Source: Pecten maximus
Lineage: Eukaryota
Direction: 5' to 3'
Assembly (NCBI RefSeq): GCF_902652985.1
Contig: NC_047015.1
Span: forward strand, 48,546,001 to 48,610,000
DNA: 64,000 nt
Under the pieces are notes generated by a model, which did not search any database, had not been told where the DNA came from, and saw only the letters and a list, made by a program, of their open reading frames with translations. The position numbers and the translations under genes are program-made. Of this stretch, positions 28,815 to 40,987 are shown piece after piece (the stretch's first letter is position 1; each line of letters begins with the position of its first letter).

Positions 28815-29132
28815 CGTAGCGTTCAGGCTCTCCGCCTTTTCACAGAGATCGTCGAGTTTGCCTTCCCTGTCTCTAATTTTAACGACATTGTCCATCATAA
28901 TGTCTGTTACTTCTTGTGCCTCTTCCCTGAGCTCATCGAGACTTTTTGTGCGCTGGGCTGGCCTTAGTGGAACAATCTCCTCCGGTAGATTCTTAATATT
29001 TGGAGTACTAGCACTGTGAACTTCGTTTGATTCAAACAGATACAAATCGTCTTCCGAATATCCATTGTCTTTCCCCTTTTTGTTTTTCTTTTCCTTTTTT
29101 GCCTTTTTTTCTTGCTTGTGTTTCTTTTTCAT
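28815..29132 (-). CDS. VAMP/synaptobrevin-like gene copy 2, exon with Lys-rich N-terminus and R-SNARE motif (153 aa spliced product)
   Basis: Same 318-nt length as 18816-19133 with a nearly identical SNARE motif; donor ACG|GTAATT at 28814; acceptor TTCTAG before the ATG. Confidence 0.88.
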
Positions 29133-29722
29133 CTAGAATATTGAAAGCAACAACATATATATAAAACGACAATTTGAATATGTAATCATATGTATCGGAA
29201 ATCTGTTTGATTCATTACCGATGTGTATGTATTCATTTAAAGCGAGTTACCGAGCTTGAATTGATGTAAACCACACTCGCTTGACCGTCTCCATCTTCAT
29301 TGTAAATACACCTACATTAAACCACCTATTTATTATATAATCTCAAACCATTTTCGTTTAATACAAGATCGTTCGTCATTGGCTGTCTCTACATAGTACT
29401 AGGATATAGTTAAGCGAGTGTTTTACATCTCTCTTGCTAAATTGATTTTAGATCTACCTTTTGTATTAAGATTTTCGAAAAACTGGATGAAACAAACTAA
29501 CAAATCAGTTAAGGTTTGGTCGTATCGTCCATTCAGACAATATGAATACTTTCGTGCTGTTGTCACATAACACAGATTATTTAAAAACGTGAGCGTTTAG
29601 CTGCAATCTATGTATGATGTGATTATCAATATACCAAATTAGTATTATGTTTATTTCAATACGAGAGACCAACATATCTCCAATAACAAATCTTAGCAAA
29701 CCTTTACCCGTGTAAATAATTG

Positions 29723-30082
29723 GAAAATTCTTTCCACAACGGAAATCTTCACTACCAAGAAAAATAAGTTCACTGAAAGAGCAGCACGTTTTTGGAACAG
29801 TTACGGTTATATCAGCCCCAAACACAAACAGTTTCAAAAACAGATTAGATAAATTCTTGGTTACACCAAGATATCTCATACATTTACAGAACCGATGTAT
29901 CAATATGAATGTTTAACTTATAATCTACGCACCTGGCACTAGATATATTTCAATATAACTTGTACATACTATATAGTATTATATAATACATCAAGTATAC
30001 ATATGGTATACCTTTCAGGGCAGAGTAGAGAATTAATATATCCTGGTCTAGAAAATAAACTTAACTTAAACTTAACTTAACC
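29723..30082 (+). mobile_element. 3' fragment of a CR1-like non-LTR retrotransposon with (CTTAA)n tail
   Basis: Degenerate KFTERAARFWNS / VISAPNTNSFKNRLDKF matches the usual CR1-clade ORF2 end; terminates in aataaacttaacttaaacttaacttaa. It interrupts sequence that is contiguous in the paralogue near 19770. Confidence 0.7.
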
Positions 30083-30543
30083 TTCATACAATATTAGCAT
30101 CAATCTCCATACAGTGTGTATATACCTGAATGATTATGAGGATTGGCATCTGTAAAAAGTAGGGTTTAGATATATTTAGATCTACGAAAACCTAGATTAT
30201 TGAATAATTGATAATTGACGGGGTCACTGAGTCCGGTAGTATAAATAATGCAGAGATAATTCCTTTCCTCTGATATATAGTTTGTTTACAGAGGAATATA
30301 TATGGAATCATGCCAGTTATCCCTCCGGTGATGCTGTGGTATATTATATAATCGTTTTCTATCAATCTCAGCGGCCTGATGGTACATAGTAAATATTTAT
30401 TACAGTTGTCTAATAATAGAACACAGGTTTTAAGTATCACAAAATTAAATCAGGCAATCTGTTTAACTTGAAGCAAGTGCATAAAGAAAATATGTGTCTG
30501 AGGTTTGTAGGTATTTTCTTGAATTAATTTCAGTTTTGAAATC

Positions 30544-31225
30544 TTTTTTATTCATCCTTTAACATATAGTATGCATACAGGTACATTATATTACATGGTA
30601 TAATAATACAGACATATCATTACAGCAGTAAGATGTACAATACGTATTAAGTGATGAATAGAAAAAAAGGATTGGTTGTTTTTTGTTTGGAATACAGAGA
30701 CAAACAAACAAACAACCTTCCACTCACGCTTTCTCTCATTTTAATATATTGTGTTTAAAGGTATAAAAAGGGAAAAACTTTTGACTTACTTTTAAGTACA
30801 TGTTATGATATGTGTGAAGAAGATCTGAAAAATTATTCACTTATATAGACCATTTTTTCACAAAACTATCATACTCCATGTTGTTTTTGTAAATTACCTC
30901 CTCTGTTTTTAGATACAAATCTAGTTCTTTTATGAATCCATTAATACAGGGGAGACCATTTTTAATTTTTTGTTTATAAATATGGAATTTTGCTATTAAT
31001 ACTAACGTATTGAGATATTTGACTTCTTGATCTTTATGTAACTTTCCCAAGATTACATCAGTAACATGTAATTGTAAATTAGTTAAAGTATTATCATATA
31101 GCCATACTTTGAAATCTTCCCAGAAGATGGCTACTAGTCTGCATTCCCAAAAAATGTGGACTATAGTTTCTGTATGTCGGTTACAAAAGTACATAATGGA
31201 GAGTCCTTTAGGTTTATCATATGAA
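30544..31225 (-). mobile_element. 5'-truncated LINE (L1/Tx1-like) 3' fragment
   Basis: ORF 30841..31194 (FCNRHTETIVHIFWEC...LNTLVLIAKFHIYK...KKW) has the same C-terminal domain as 23080..23664. T-run plus TTTATT near 30544-30552 gives the tail on the minus strand. Confidence 0.8.
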
Positions 31226-33319
31226 TTAATTTAATCAATGATTCAATTTTCTTAGTAATTAAGTAATTAAGATGTGAAATAGGTACCTCTTACATACCTT
31301 CTAAATTATCTTACTGAAGATTTAAAAAAAAGGGGGGGGGGGGAGGAAAAAGACATGGAACTAAATGTATATAAAGGCAGTAATGTCAATTTCCCGGTGG
31401 GGGATCCTAGTCTACTGATCACATAAGGATTGCTGTCATTTGTGTACCGATTTACTCTTATATGCCATTAAATCTATACAAAAACATCATTTTTCAGGTA
31501 GTGAAACTTTAAACGTTAATTTGGTATATTGCATCATTTAAACATCAAATGAGAATTGGGGATGTCGTCTTGGTGATAACATGCGGTAAAATAATTAGTT
31601 GCGTGAGACCTTAAAATAGCGCGAGATTTCAAAATCATTGATCTGGTGCCTTAAAATATTTCTACCTTAATATAACGTGGTATCACTCAGTGCGGCAACA
31701 ATTTCTGACCGACTGAATTGACATTGTTAGATTTAAATGTGGAAAGGAATAATTCCTTCAAAAATAACAAAACAACACGTCCGCGAAGTATTTGTGTGGA
31801 ATTTCGTAATGATACATGGTTTTATTTGGTTGAAGTGTTTGAGATAAGTAGATCAAAGAAAAACGGTTAAAATCGTGGACAAAATCTTTCTTTACCATTG
31901 AGTATTAAGATATATTACGCTTGCTGCCTAGTTTGTGCGAGGGGAAATAACTCGCATATGCACTCGATGATGCCTTTATTGTGACATATAGAAGTCATCT
32001 CAGTGGTTGGGAAAATGGCCCTAACAGGCGGAATACTGTTTATAGACTCGAAGTTTAAGATTGGCAATCAATAAATGAAAACTCCGATTGTTCTTACATT
32101 CGATACTTAAAATGAAAGTAGAATACCTCTTTTTGATTCTTGCGTCATTAATAGATACATTCATTAAACAAGAATGTCTGAACAAATTTATCTCAAACCA
32201 CTTGCCTTGATATGTCACACAATCCACTGGTCCTCCCCAGTTGCCAAAAAGGCTTCGGTTGTATCCTTTATCGTCTTGTGTGTTGATCTCCCATGTACGA
32301 ATAAATTAAATATGTCAGTTTACATGTTTCCGTCTTTGAATATCTCAACTGCCTTAGGTAGGCTTGTCATGTCCTTTGACCTCCACTGCTTCGCAGTAAA
32401 AGTTATGTATTATGATGGGAATGGCTAGCGTGCTCACACTGTTACGGAGAGGGAAATCCCCATTGTTGTATAGCAGACGGAGGAATAGAAGTGTGAGGGT
32501 TACAAATATTACAGATAAACACATGGTGCTGCATTACTGCACCAATGCTACAGATAGCTGCAGGCCAACTTCTGGCAGGCGTTTACGTCTGACATATAAC
32601 GTTCTTGTTGGAGTAACTTAACACCTGATTTAGTGTGGTTATCACAACCTAAAGTATATAAATGATGCAACAATGCTTATGGTAGACGCGCTTTGATAAT
32701 ATTAAATGACAAAGGTTAATTCTGGTCTTCTCTCACTTTTTTTTTGGGGGGGGGGGGGGGGGGGGGCTGGTGGATCATCCAGACTTCGACATTTTGGCTC
32801 TTATGTAGCTAACCCTACATATAATGTGTTGATATCTAGTGTGTTGTTTGTTGAATAATTCAAAGTCTAATTAGGTTAGGCGATGACTCCCAACCTATCC
32901 CAACCTCATCCCTTTCCCCCTCCATCTCACCAACCCTTGCTGATACAACAATGGCATTCAACAATGGCACAGAGATACAGTGTTCTATGGCTAAAGTAAT
33001 TCATGTAAACAGAAAGCAGGCTTATTATCTAATGTTTGTGAATGAACGAATTATTATACTTTATCACTGAGAGCTATTTCAATTTATATGGTTATTACAA
33101 CAACAAAACATCATTTTCGTTAATGCCCTTCTTATAGTAGGATATATTTTAAAGGATGTGCATTTTAAAAGCCAACAATACACCGATATGTTGAATAAAC
33201 ATTACGTCATAAGGATACGGGGTCACGGATAATGATACGGATTTCCGTGTTTTTACGAAGCAGATATTTTTTTTTATATTATTTACTTATTAAATTCATT
33301 TATTTGCATTAAAATAAAA

Positions 33320-33466
33320 TAAAGAGATTATTGAATGCTTTTCGTGAAATATAACATATATTTCACTCGTATGACAGAATTTTGCATTCCTGAAAACAAC
33401 GATATTCTGTCATGCTCGTGAAAAATATGTTATATTCAACGGAATACTATTCATTGTCCTCTATTT
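33320..33466. mobile_element. Short palindromic non-autonomous element (MITE-like); related copy at 55004-55181
   Basis: Imperfect inverted arms: aatataacatatatttcactcgtatgacagaat ... attctgtcatgctcgtgaaaaatatgttatatt. Confidence 0.65.
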
Positions 33467-34199
33467 AGTCAATGTTCAGTTATGTTAACATATATCATCA
33501 TTTCAGATCAAATAAATATGAGCGAGTTGCGTTAGCCGTTATACTGAAGGGACATTAAGATGTATTTAAATGGGTTTATAACCGTTACATATATATATTA
33601 ATATACATACATGTATATATATGTCAAGTAGTAATAACGACAGTACAGACAAGTAAATTGTCAAATTTTCGAGGCAATCTGCCCCTTTATCAAGACACAG
33701 GTAAATTACATACGATCACATATAGACATAGAACATGGAACAGTTACACAAATATTATGATAATTGCACAAACCGAAACTGAAACCGAATTCAATTTCCA
33801 AGTAAAGAAACATTGTATTTATAGTAAATGATTTTACTGCAAACATATAACCGATCACATGTTTATCAAAAATAGAACTTAATATATATATATACGGTAA
33901 AATATCAAAGTAACGAGGTAACATTATTTAACATTTTTGTAACGTTCTTAAGACATATGCATTATAACATCGTTTCTAAAACATATCCTATTAAAGGGAG
34001 ACTACTCGTGCGTATCTGTCAATTTTAAGACTGATTCGTAGTGTGCCAGCACAATGTCTAATCGACACAAGATATCATTTTCATATCACAAATTGTATTC
34101 GATCAAGTTTTTTTTGTTATGTACTATGGCCTAATAAACAGCATATGCGATCGTAACCTCTGGAGTATAAATGATGAATCAGAATAGGTATTCAAATTT

Positions 34200-34420
34200 G
34201 ATAATTGCACAAAACGAAATTGAAACCGACTTTAATTTCCGAGTAAAGGGACACGTTATTTATAGTAAATGATATTATTACCAAAATATAACTGAACACA
34301 TGTTTATCAAAAATAGAATGGTAATTCCCGGCTATTGACCAATGGACAGACGCCACACCAATACATTAAACCTTATCAGATACCTGGAAATTACCAGCTC
34401 AAAACCATTTTCTATTGATT
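34200..34420 (+). promoter_or_regulatory. Putative promoter of paralogue 1: ISRE-like, two kB-like sites and a CCAAT box
   Basis: GAAATTGAAAC 34216-34226 (duplicate GAAACTGAAAC 33775-33785); GGTAATTCCC 34320-34329 (reverse GGGAATTACC); CCAAT 34339-34343; GGAAATTACC 34386-34395. The block is conserved upstream of paralogues 2, 4 and 7. Confidence 0.55.
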
Positions 34421-34532
34421 CCCGCTATATGCAGAACACTGGAGAAAAGCTGCATGTTGAGGAGCGTATCGGCGCTCTATCAAATTATATATTTACAGTT
34501 GTACGTCTGGAAATATAATCCGAAAAATCAAC

Positions 34533-35594
34533 ATGACGATTTTATCGCTGCGTCCGTCAGAAATTCGCTACAGTCAGGATAGTATCGCTTATTACTTCGG
34601 ATATGGAAGTTATTCTGGAAAACAGATAGGACAGACAGTGGATGCTCTTTTACAACGTGAATGTGACGTTGATGATATTCCAAGAATTACCGTTACTTCA
34701 CGTAACGGGTTATGGTACTCCGGTGACAACAGGCGACTCTGGGTGTTCCGAACATGTGAGGAACTTGGGTTCATCGACAGAGTTCCGGCGATGGAAGGAT
34801 ACGTAAGTTCTTCTAAGTTTACCACTTACAATGATGGTGTGTCAATACGTATCCGTGGGAATCCTGGAGGGCGGATATGGCCACGGAGACATCGTAAAGA
34901 ACTTGTTATCAAAGAACCTGAGCCATCAAACCCTGTCGTGCCAAATGTGCCTGTGGTAAATTCAACACTACGTAACGAATCCGTGGTGATATCATTGGTG
35001 GAGGATGAAGAATTACACCATGGGCTGTCAGATTCTTCTGAAGACTTGACAGACATTCCCAGTGACTGTGGTCAATCCGGTGTGTTAGAATCTTCTGTGA
35101 TTAAACACTGTTCAGAAGAAACAGAGTCTTGTCACGAATCAATGTCATCCAATTTGGAGGATGGTATGCCAATTGGACAAGATAACCACGGATTTGATTC
35201 AGATGAAGATGGCCAACACCACGTCGATGGGACCAAGGATTTAGCATCAACATATGGAGTACGTTTCCGGTCTACTCAGGATGAAATAGTATTGCCAGAC
35301 AATACCTATGTAAGTGTGGATATGTCGACGATGGATGAGTGTCCACTTTCCAGTGACCAGCCCGCTTCGGTGGATGTCGAAACTAACAATTCAACTTTGA
35401 CGGACACTAACCATTCCACTGTGAGTATGCCGGGAGAATCTGTTGATGTTGAAAGTGGACCAAAGGTCAGAGCCTCACGATTAACATTTGAAAACATCCG
35501 TGTTGTCCTTTCAAAATATCGGTATACGATGGTGGTGTGTCTGATATTGGTTGCCATAGTTATCCTGGTACTGATAGTTGTGTTTAACACATAG
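34533..35594 (+). CDS. Family paralogue 1: ParB/Srx-like N-terminal domain, acidic linker, C-terminal transmembrane anchor (353 aa)
   Basis: Uninterrupted ORF. Motifs PSEIRYSQDSI, IPRITV, WYSGDNRRLWVFR and KFTTYNDGVSIRIRG are conserved across paralogues. Hydrophobic tail MVVCLILVAIVILVLIVVF; no signal peptide. Fold assignment is from motif recall only. Confidence 0.9.
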   Translation: MTILSLRPSEIRYSQDSIAYYFGYGSYSGKQIGQTVDALLQRECDVDDIPRITVTSRNGLWYSGDNRRLWVFRTCEELGFIDRVPAMEGYVSSSKFTTYNDGVSIRIRGNPGGRIWPRRHRKELVIKEPEPSNPVVPNVPVVNSTLRNESVVISLVEDEELHHGLSDSSEDLTDIPSDCGQSGVLESSVIKHCSEETESCHESMSSNLEDGMPIGQDNHGFDSDEDGQHHVDGTKDLASTYGVRFRSTQDEIVLPDNTYVSVDMSTMDECPLSSDQPASVDVETNNSTLTDTNHSTVSMPGESVDVESGPKVRASRLTFENIRVVLSKYRYTMVVCLILVAIVILVLIVVFNT

Positions 35595-36229
35595 AATATA
35601 CATTTCCTCACACACACGAAAATCGTCTGTCTTACGTAATACCACTATATATTGAAAAAACTCATGAACCTTGAATCTTACGCGTGTAATCCAGTTTTTG
35701 TATATTCTAATCGACAGGTAATTGTTTGTAAGATAATATGACTGCAGAAACAACCGTCAATATCTGCTTGATTATGATTATGTGAGTGAACACAAACAAT
35801 GTAATTTTTCTTTACTATTCATTTTTTTTTTGAAAACTGGACAGATATTTTTCACGTTAACATCGCACATCCTATGACTTTGATGATATAGATTTGAGAT
35901 ACGCGATTCATTAACAAAGAAAAAGTGCTATCTGTATGTTCACCGAATTAATCAGTAATTGCAGATTATTTTTTTATTGAAATCTGAAAATTATATGTTA
36001 ATTATGTTACTGAAGGCCTGAAGTAGTAATATTCATGAACAAATGAAAAATTACTAATCTTTGTAAACTATACTGCAATAACCTACTTTCAAAAGCTCCT
36101 TACATGCATAGGTACATATGTCTCGTGACTCTAAAAAAGTTGCGGTGGGTTATGTTGTTATTGCTTTGTGTGTGTGTCTGCGTGTATGTGAGGGCAAATG
36201 TGAGTCCGTTCGATTAACAAAACGTGTGT

Positions 36230-37800
36230 ACCAGGCATATATTGAACCCTTCATCTGATTTTGTATCTATCCATAGCACAGTGCCACATTAATTTTTATT
36301 TAGGATCTAACACACTATTTGATAGTATAATTTATTATGTTTATGAAGCCATACCAAAGATAATGATAACCATCAAATGTCTTTTTCTGCTTATTATGTT
36401 AACAATGTGCAGACAGTTTAGATTCAAGTGTGCTTCATCGAGGACAAATTGAAACACGACTTGTGTTTGTTCAACGTCAAAATCATCAGCCTCAGAAAAC
36501 GTTTCTGTTTTAAATGAAATGTATTTAAAGTTATCATTTCTACAATTATAGTGTTAGGTTTAATCACCATTTAATCATAAGGAATGAACGGGGTGATAAA
36601 TCGGTCTAACGATATATAGACAGAAAACCGAATTGCTCCCTTTTTACCGTTCGGAGTCGAGGGGGTAGCTCGGAGTGCAATTCGGTTTTCGGTATACTTC
36701 GATGCACCAATTTGATATCTCGTTAAATTTGTAATTGTTGATAACTTGTTACAAGTTGTTCAAATGACTATGTATGTATTCTACAGATATATATTAAACC
36801 CTCAAATAAACCCTCAATTGATTCTGTGCCTATGCATACTTTAGAGCCACATCAAGTTTTAATTCTATTTGGGATGTAACGTTCCTTTTCATAGAATTAT
36901 CTATTATGTGTTTCAAGTGATTACAAAGATATTGTTTACCATCAACATATCGTTTTCTGTGGATTATGCGAACAATATGCTTGTTTTTTTTAGATTAAAG
37001 CGTGCTTCATCGAGAACATTTGAAACACGACCTGTGTTTGTTAAACATCAATATATTCTCATGTTAGATTTTCGCCCGTCATATGTTAAAATTGAGTTAT
37101 AAGGAATGAACGAGGTTATAAATCGGTCTTTCGATGTATTGACAGAAAACCGAAATGCTCTCTTTTTACCGTTCGGGAGGGGTATTACTTTATGTGCAAT
37201 TCGGCTTTCGGTATACTTCGATGCACCAATTTGATATCTCGTTCAATTTTTATTTATTAATTATTTGTTATAAATTGTTCAAATGACCCTGTTTGTATTT
37301 TATTGATATATACTTACCTCTCATATGATTTTGTGCCTATTCATAGTTTAGTGTCACATCAAGTTCTGGTTTTATTTGGGATGAAACGTTCATTTTCATA
37401 GGATTATCTATTATGTCGTTCTAGTGATTACATGGATATTGTTAACCATCAACATATCGTTTACTTCGGAATATTCGATTAAGATTGAAGTGCGCTTCAT
37501 CTAGGACAATTTGAAACACGACCTGTGTTTGTTCACGGTCAAACTTATCCGCCTTAGAAAATATTACTGTTGTAAATCAAATATATCTTCGTATTAGATT
37601 TTCCCCGTCATATGTTGAAATTTAATCATAAGGAATGAACGAGGTTATAAATCGGTCTTTCGATGTATAGATAGAGAACCGAAATGCTCTCTTTTTACCG
37701 TTCGGGAGGGGTTATTAGTCGAAGTGTAATTCGGTTTTCGGTAACTTCGATGACCAATTTGATATCTCGTTCATTTTTTTATTGTTGATTATTTGTTTTT
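36230..37800. repeat. Three diverged ~500-570-bp tandem units, each with an inverted-repeat hairpin
   Basis: Marker gaaacacgac at 36451, 37022 and 37513; inverted repeat GAAAACCGAATTGC...GCAATTCGGTTTTC at 36623-36690. Confidence 0.8.
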
Positions 37801-39594
37801 AGTGTTCAGAGGACAATGTGTGTATTCATCAAATGATTGCTTTAACAAAAAATTTTTTTTTTAAAAGCCAAAAGCCATCTGTGATAAATTTGTTCATGGT
37901 TTATTTATATGTATGTTATCAATTAAATTTGATTAAATTACCTGTGTTGTTATATTTACTGGTACACTTGTATTAAATGCAAGAAGCAAACGTCATTTTA
38001 TTGAAGAATTGAAAATATCTTTTTCTTCCTGGACACACAGACATATTTAACTCTCTGTTCCATATACACTCCTTTCACAACACTTCAGCGTAAAACAAAC
38101 GTCCATGCAGTGAAACAATTGTCATTTACATGGATACAAGTGTATCACTAAACATTTAAGATAAAGAACATTGTTTAAAATGACATAACCGTTCTCATAC
38201 GATAAAAATGATCACACGCTTCTTACGTATTCTGGTAGGTCTGATTTGACCTCATTGAACTTGGGACGTCGCGTTTGTTCCAATGTAGGTGAAACATGGA
38301 GTAGTAACATCCAGTGTGACAAACAATGACCCTAAATATATCTTCTGTGATTTCTCCTAAGAGAACATGAACGAGACAAAATAATATTTGTGTTCCCCTA
38401 ATGACATATTTCTTTCTTTTAGGGTCTTTTTTTCAATTCTTTCTCCCTTCCATTAAAGTGACACAAAACCAGTGTATATTTAAACACATCTTACATGTAT
38501 GTATCTGTAAGCTTATTAGTTAAGATTGATTGGTAAAAAATGATAGATAGCACATATTTAATTCGATTTATGTTAACATTTAAAATATAATACATTCGGT
38601 TATGACTATTTGTTATCTATTAAGCCCTAATAAAATATCAGAGTGGGTATTTTTGGCAATAGCAGAAAAGAAAATGAAATATCCCTTTCCGATTAAGAGT
38701 AATGAATACTGAAAAATGTACATGAATATAAAAAAAGCTTTACCTCGAAATGTACAAAAAAACGATATATGATATGATATATCAAAATGTTCGTCTAAAT
38801 GTCTTCTATTCATTGGTGTTAAATCCAAAGAGGCAAGTATTACTGACAGCAACAGATACTTGCTAGAAACGTCTTTCCACTAGAAGTGTCTAATAATCTA
38901 ATAAAATCACAATTTTGAAAAACATAAAAAGTAAAACAATTTTCAGATATTAGTCGAGTTTGTGGGACCCCTATTATTTATGCCTGAAGTCTTAACAAAG
39001 GAGAAGCTTTTATTATGGGTGACAACATTAGCGGAAGCCATTTGTAATTTACATAAGGGAGGCCACTCCTATAGGACTACTTTCGACAACAATTAGGCAA
39101 TATATGCTACCTTCAACGAAATATCATTTATTGTTCTCTTTATTCAATGTTAAGTTCTGTTATATATAAACATTTCAGTTCAAATAAACATGAGTGGCAT
39201 GCTTTAACAGTAATAATGAAGAGACATCACCATGTAAATGAATTTATAACGGTTACCATGGGATATATATAGTTAACTACCACATTAATGAGGTAAAATA
39301 TTATTTTAGATTTTTATAACATTCTTTAGACATAATAATGCATGATACATTGCCATCGTTTCTTAATCATTGCCTATTAAGGGGGGACTACTCGTGCGTG
39401 TCTGTCAATATTATGTAAGACTGACCGTAGTTTGCTAGCACATCGTTTAATCTACAACATATATCATTTTCATATCACAAATTGTATAAAGAATTCGATC
39501 AATTTGTTTCGGTTGTTATATACTTTTGCCTAATAAACAGCGATCGTAACCCCTGGAGTACAAATGATGAATCAGAATAGGTATTCAAATTTGA

Positions 39595-39815
39595 TATTTG
39601 CACAAAACGAAATTTAAACCGACTTTAATTTCCTAGTAAAGAAACACTTTATTTATAGTAAATGATATTACTACTAAAATATAACTGAACACATGTTTAT
39701 CAAAAATAGAATGGAAATACCCGGCTATTGACCAATGGACAGACGCCACACCAATACATTAAACCTTATCAGATACCTGGAAATTACCAGCTCAAAACAA
39801 TTTTCTATTGATTCC
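39595..39815 (+). promoter_or_regulatory. Putative promoter of paralogue 2
   Basis: GGAAATACCC 39713-39722, CCAAT and GGAAATTACC 39779-39788; the ISRE-like site is changed to GAAATTTAAAC at 39609-39619. Confidence 0.5.
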
Positions 39816-39925
39816 CGCTAGATGCAGAACACTGGAGAAAAGCTGCATGTTGAGGAGCGTATCGGCGCTCTATCAAATTATATATTTACAGTTGTACGCC
39901 TGGAAATATAATCCGAAAAATCAAC

Positions 39926-40987
39926 ATGACGATTTTATCGCTGAGTCCGTCAGAAATTCGCTACAGTCAGGATAGTATCGCTTATTATTTCGGATATGGA
40001 AGATATTCTGGAACTCAGATCGGACAAACAGTGGACGATCTTTTACAACGTAAATGTTACGTTGATGATATTCCAAGAATTACCGTTACTTCACGTAACG
40101 GGTTATGGTACTCAGGTGACAACAGGCGACTCTGGGTGTTCCGAACATGTGAGGAACTTGGGTTCATCGACAGAGTTCCGGCGATGGAAGGATACGTAAG
40201 TTCTTCTAAGTTTACCACTTACAATGCTGGTGTGTCAATACGTGTCCGTGGGAATCCTGGAGGGCGGATATGGACACAGAGACATCGTAAAGAACTTGTT
40301 ATCAAAGAACCTGAGCCATCAAACCCTGTCGTGCCAAATGTGCCTGTGGTAAATTCAACACTACGTAACGAATCCGTGGTGATATCATTGGTGGAGGATG
40401 AAGAATTACACCATGGGCTGTCAGATTCTTCTGAAGACTTGACAGACATTCCCAGTGACTGTGGTCAATCCGGTGTGTTAGAATCTTCTGTGATTAAACA
40501 CTGTTCAGAAGAAACAGAGTCTTGTCACGAATCAATGTCATCCAATTTGGAGGATGGTATGCCAATTGGACAAGATAACCACGGATTTGATTCAGATGAA
40601 GATGGCCAACACCACGTCGATGGGACCAAGGATTTAGCATCAACATATGGAGTACGTTTCCGGTCTACTCAGGATGAAATAGTATTGCCAGACAATATCT
40701 ATGTAAGTGTGGATATGTCGACGATGGATGAGTGTCCACTTTCCAGTGACCAGCCCGCTTCGGTGGATGTCGAAACTAACAATTCAACTTTGACGGACAC
40801 TAACCATTCCACTGTGAGTATGCCAGGAGAATCTGTTGATGTTGAAAGTGGACCAAAGGTCAGAGCCTCACGATTAACATTTGAAAACATCCGTGTTGTC
40901 CTTTCAAAATATCGGTATACGATGGTGGTGTGTCTGATATTGGTTGCCATAGTTATACTGGTACTGATAGTTGTGTTTAACACATAG
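39926..40987 (+). CDS. Family paralogue 2 (353 aa; 11 amino-acid differences from paralogue 1)
   Basis: Uninterrupted ORF with the same architecture as 34533..35594. Confidence 0.9.
   Translation: MTILSLSPSEIRYSQDSIAYYFGYGRYSGTQIGQTVDDLLQRKCYVDDIPRITVTSRNGLWYSGDNRRLWVFRTCEELGFIDRVPAMEGYVSSSKFTTYNAGVSIRVRGNPGGRIWTQRHRKELVIKEPEPSNPVVPNVPVVNSTLRNESVVISLVEDEELHHGLSDSSEDLTDIPSDCGQSGVLESSVIKHCSEETESCHESMSSNLEDGMPIGQDNHGFDSDEDGQHHVDGTKDLASTYGVRFRSTQDEIVLPDNIYVSVDMSTMDECPLSSDQPASVDVETNNSTLTDTNHSTVSMPGESVDVESGPKVRASRLTFENIRVVLSKYRYTMVVCLILVAIVILVLIVVFNT

Larger units (their letters stand above)
7380..32525. repeat. Old tandem segmental duplication of the VAMP-like locus (unit 1 about 7380-21985, unit 2 about 22080-32525)
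   Basis: Co-linear diverged matches seen by eye: 7420-7450 with 22120-22150; 8070-8100 with 22555-22590; 10205-10240 with 26200-26240; 11165-11330 with 27068-27100 plus 27720-27840; 19650-19770 with 29600-29720; 21610-21985 with 32170-32525. Boundaries are approximate. Confidence 0.8.

Noticed and set aside
32748-32766. Long G/C homopolymers (also near 12795, 27591, 31332 and 42053) as G-quadruplex elements
   Set aside because: Simple homopolymers with unreliable length and no supporting context.
34533-35594. Annotating the family as sulfiredoxin or chromosome-partitioning ParB
   Set aside because: It lacks the sulfiredoxin FGGCHR cysteine and the ParB HTH/dimerisation domains; only a fold-level resemblance is proposed.
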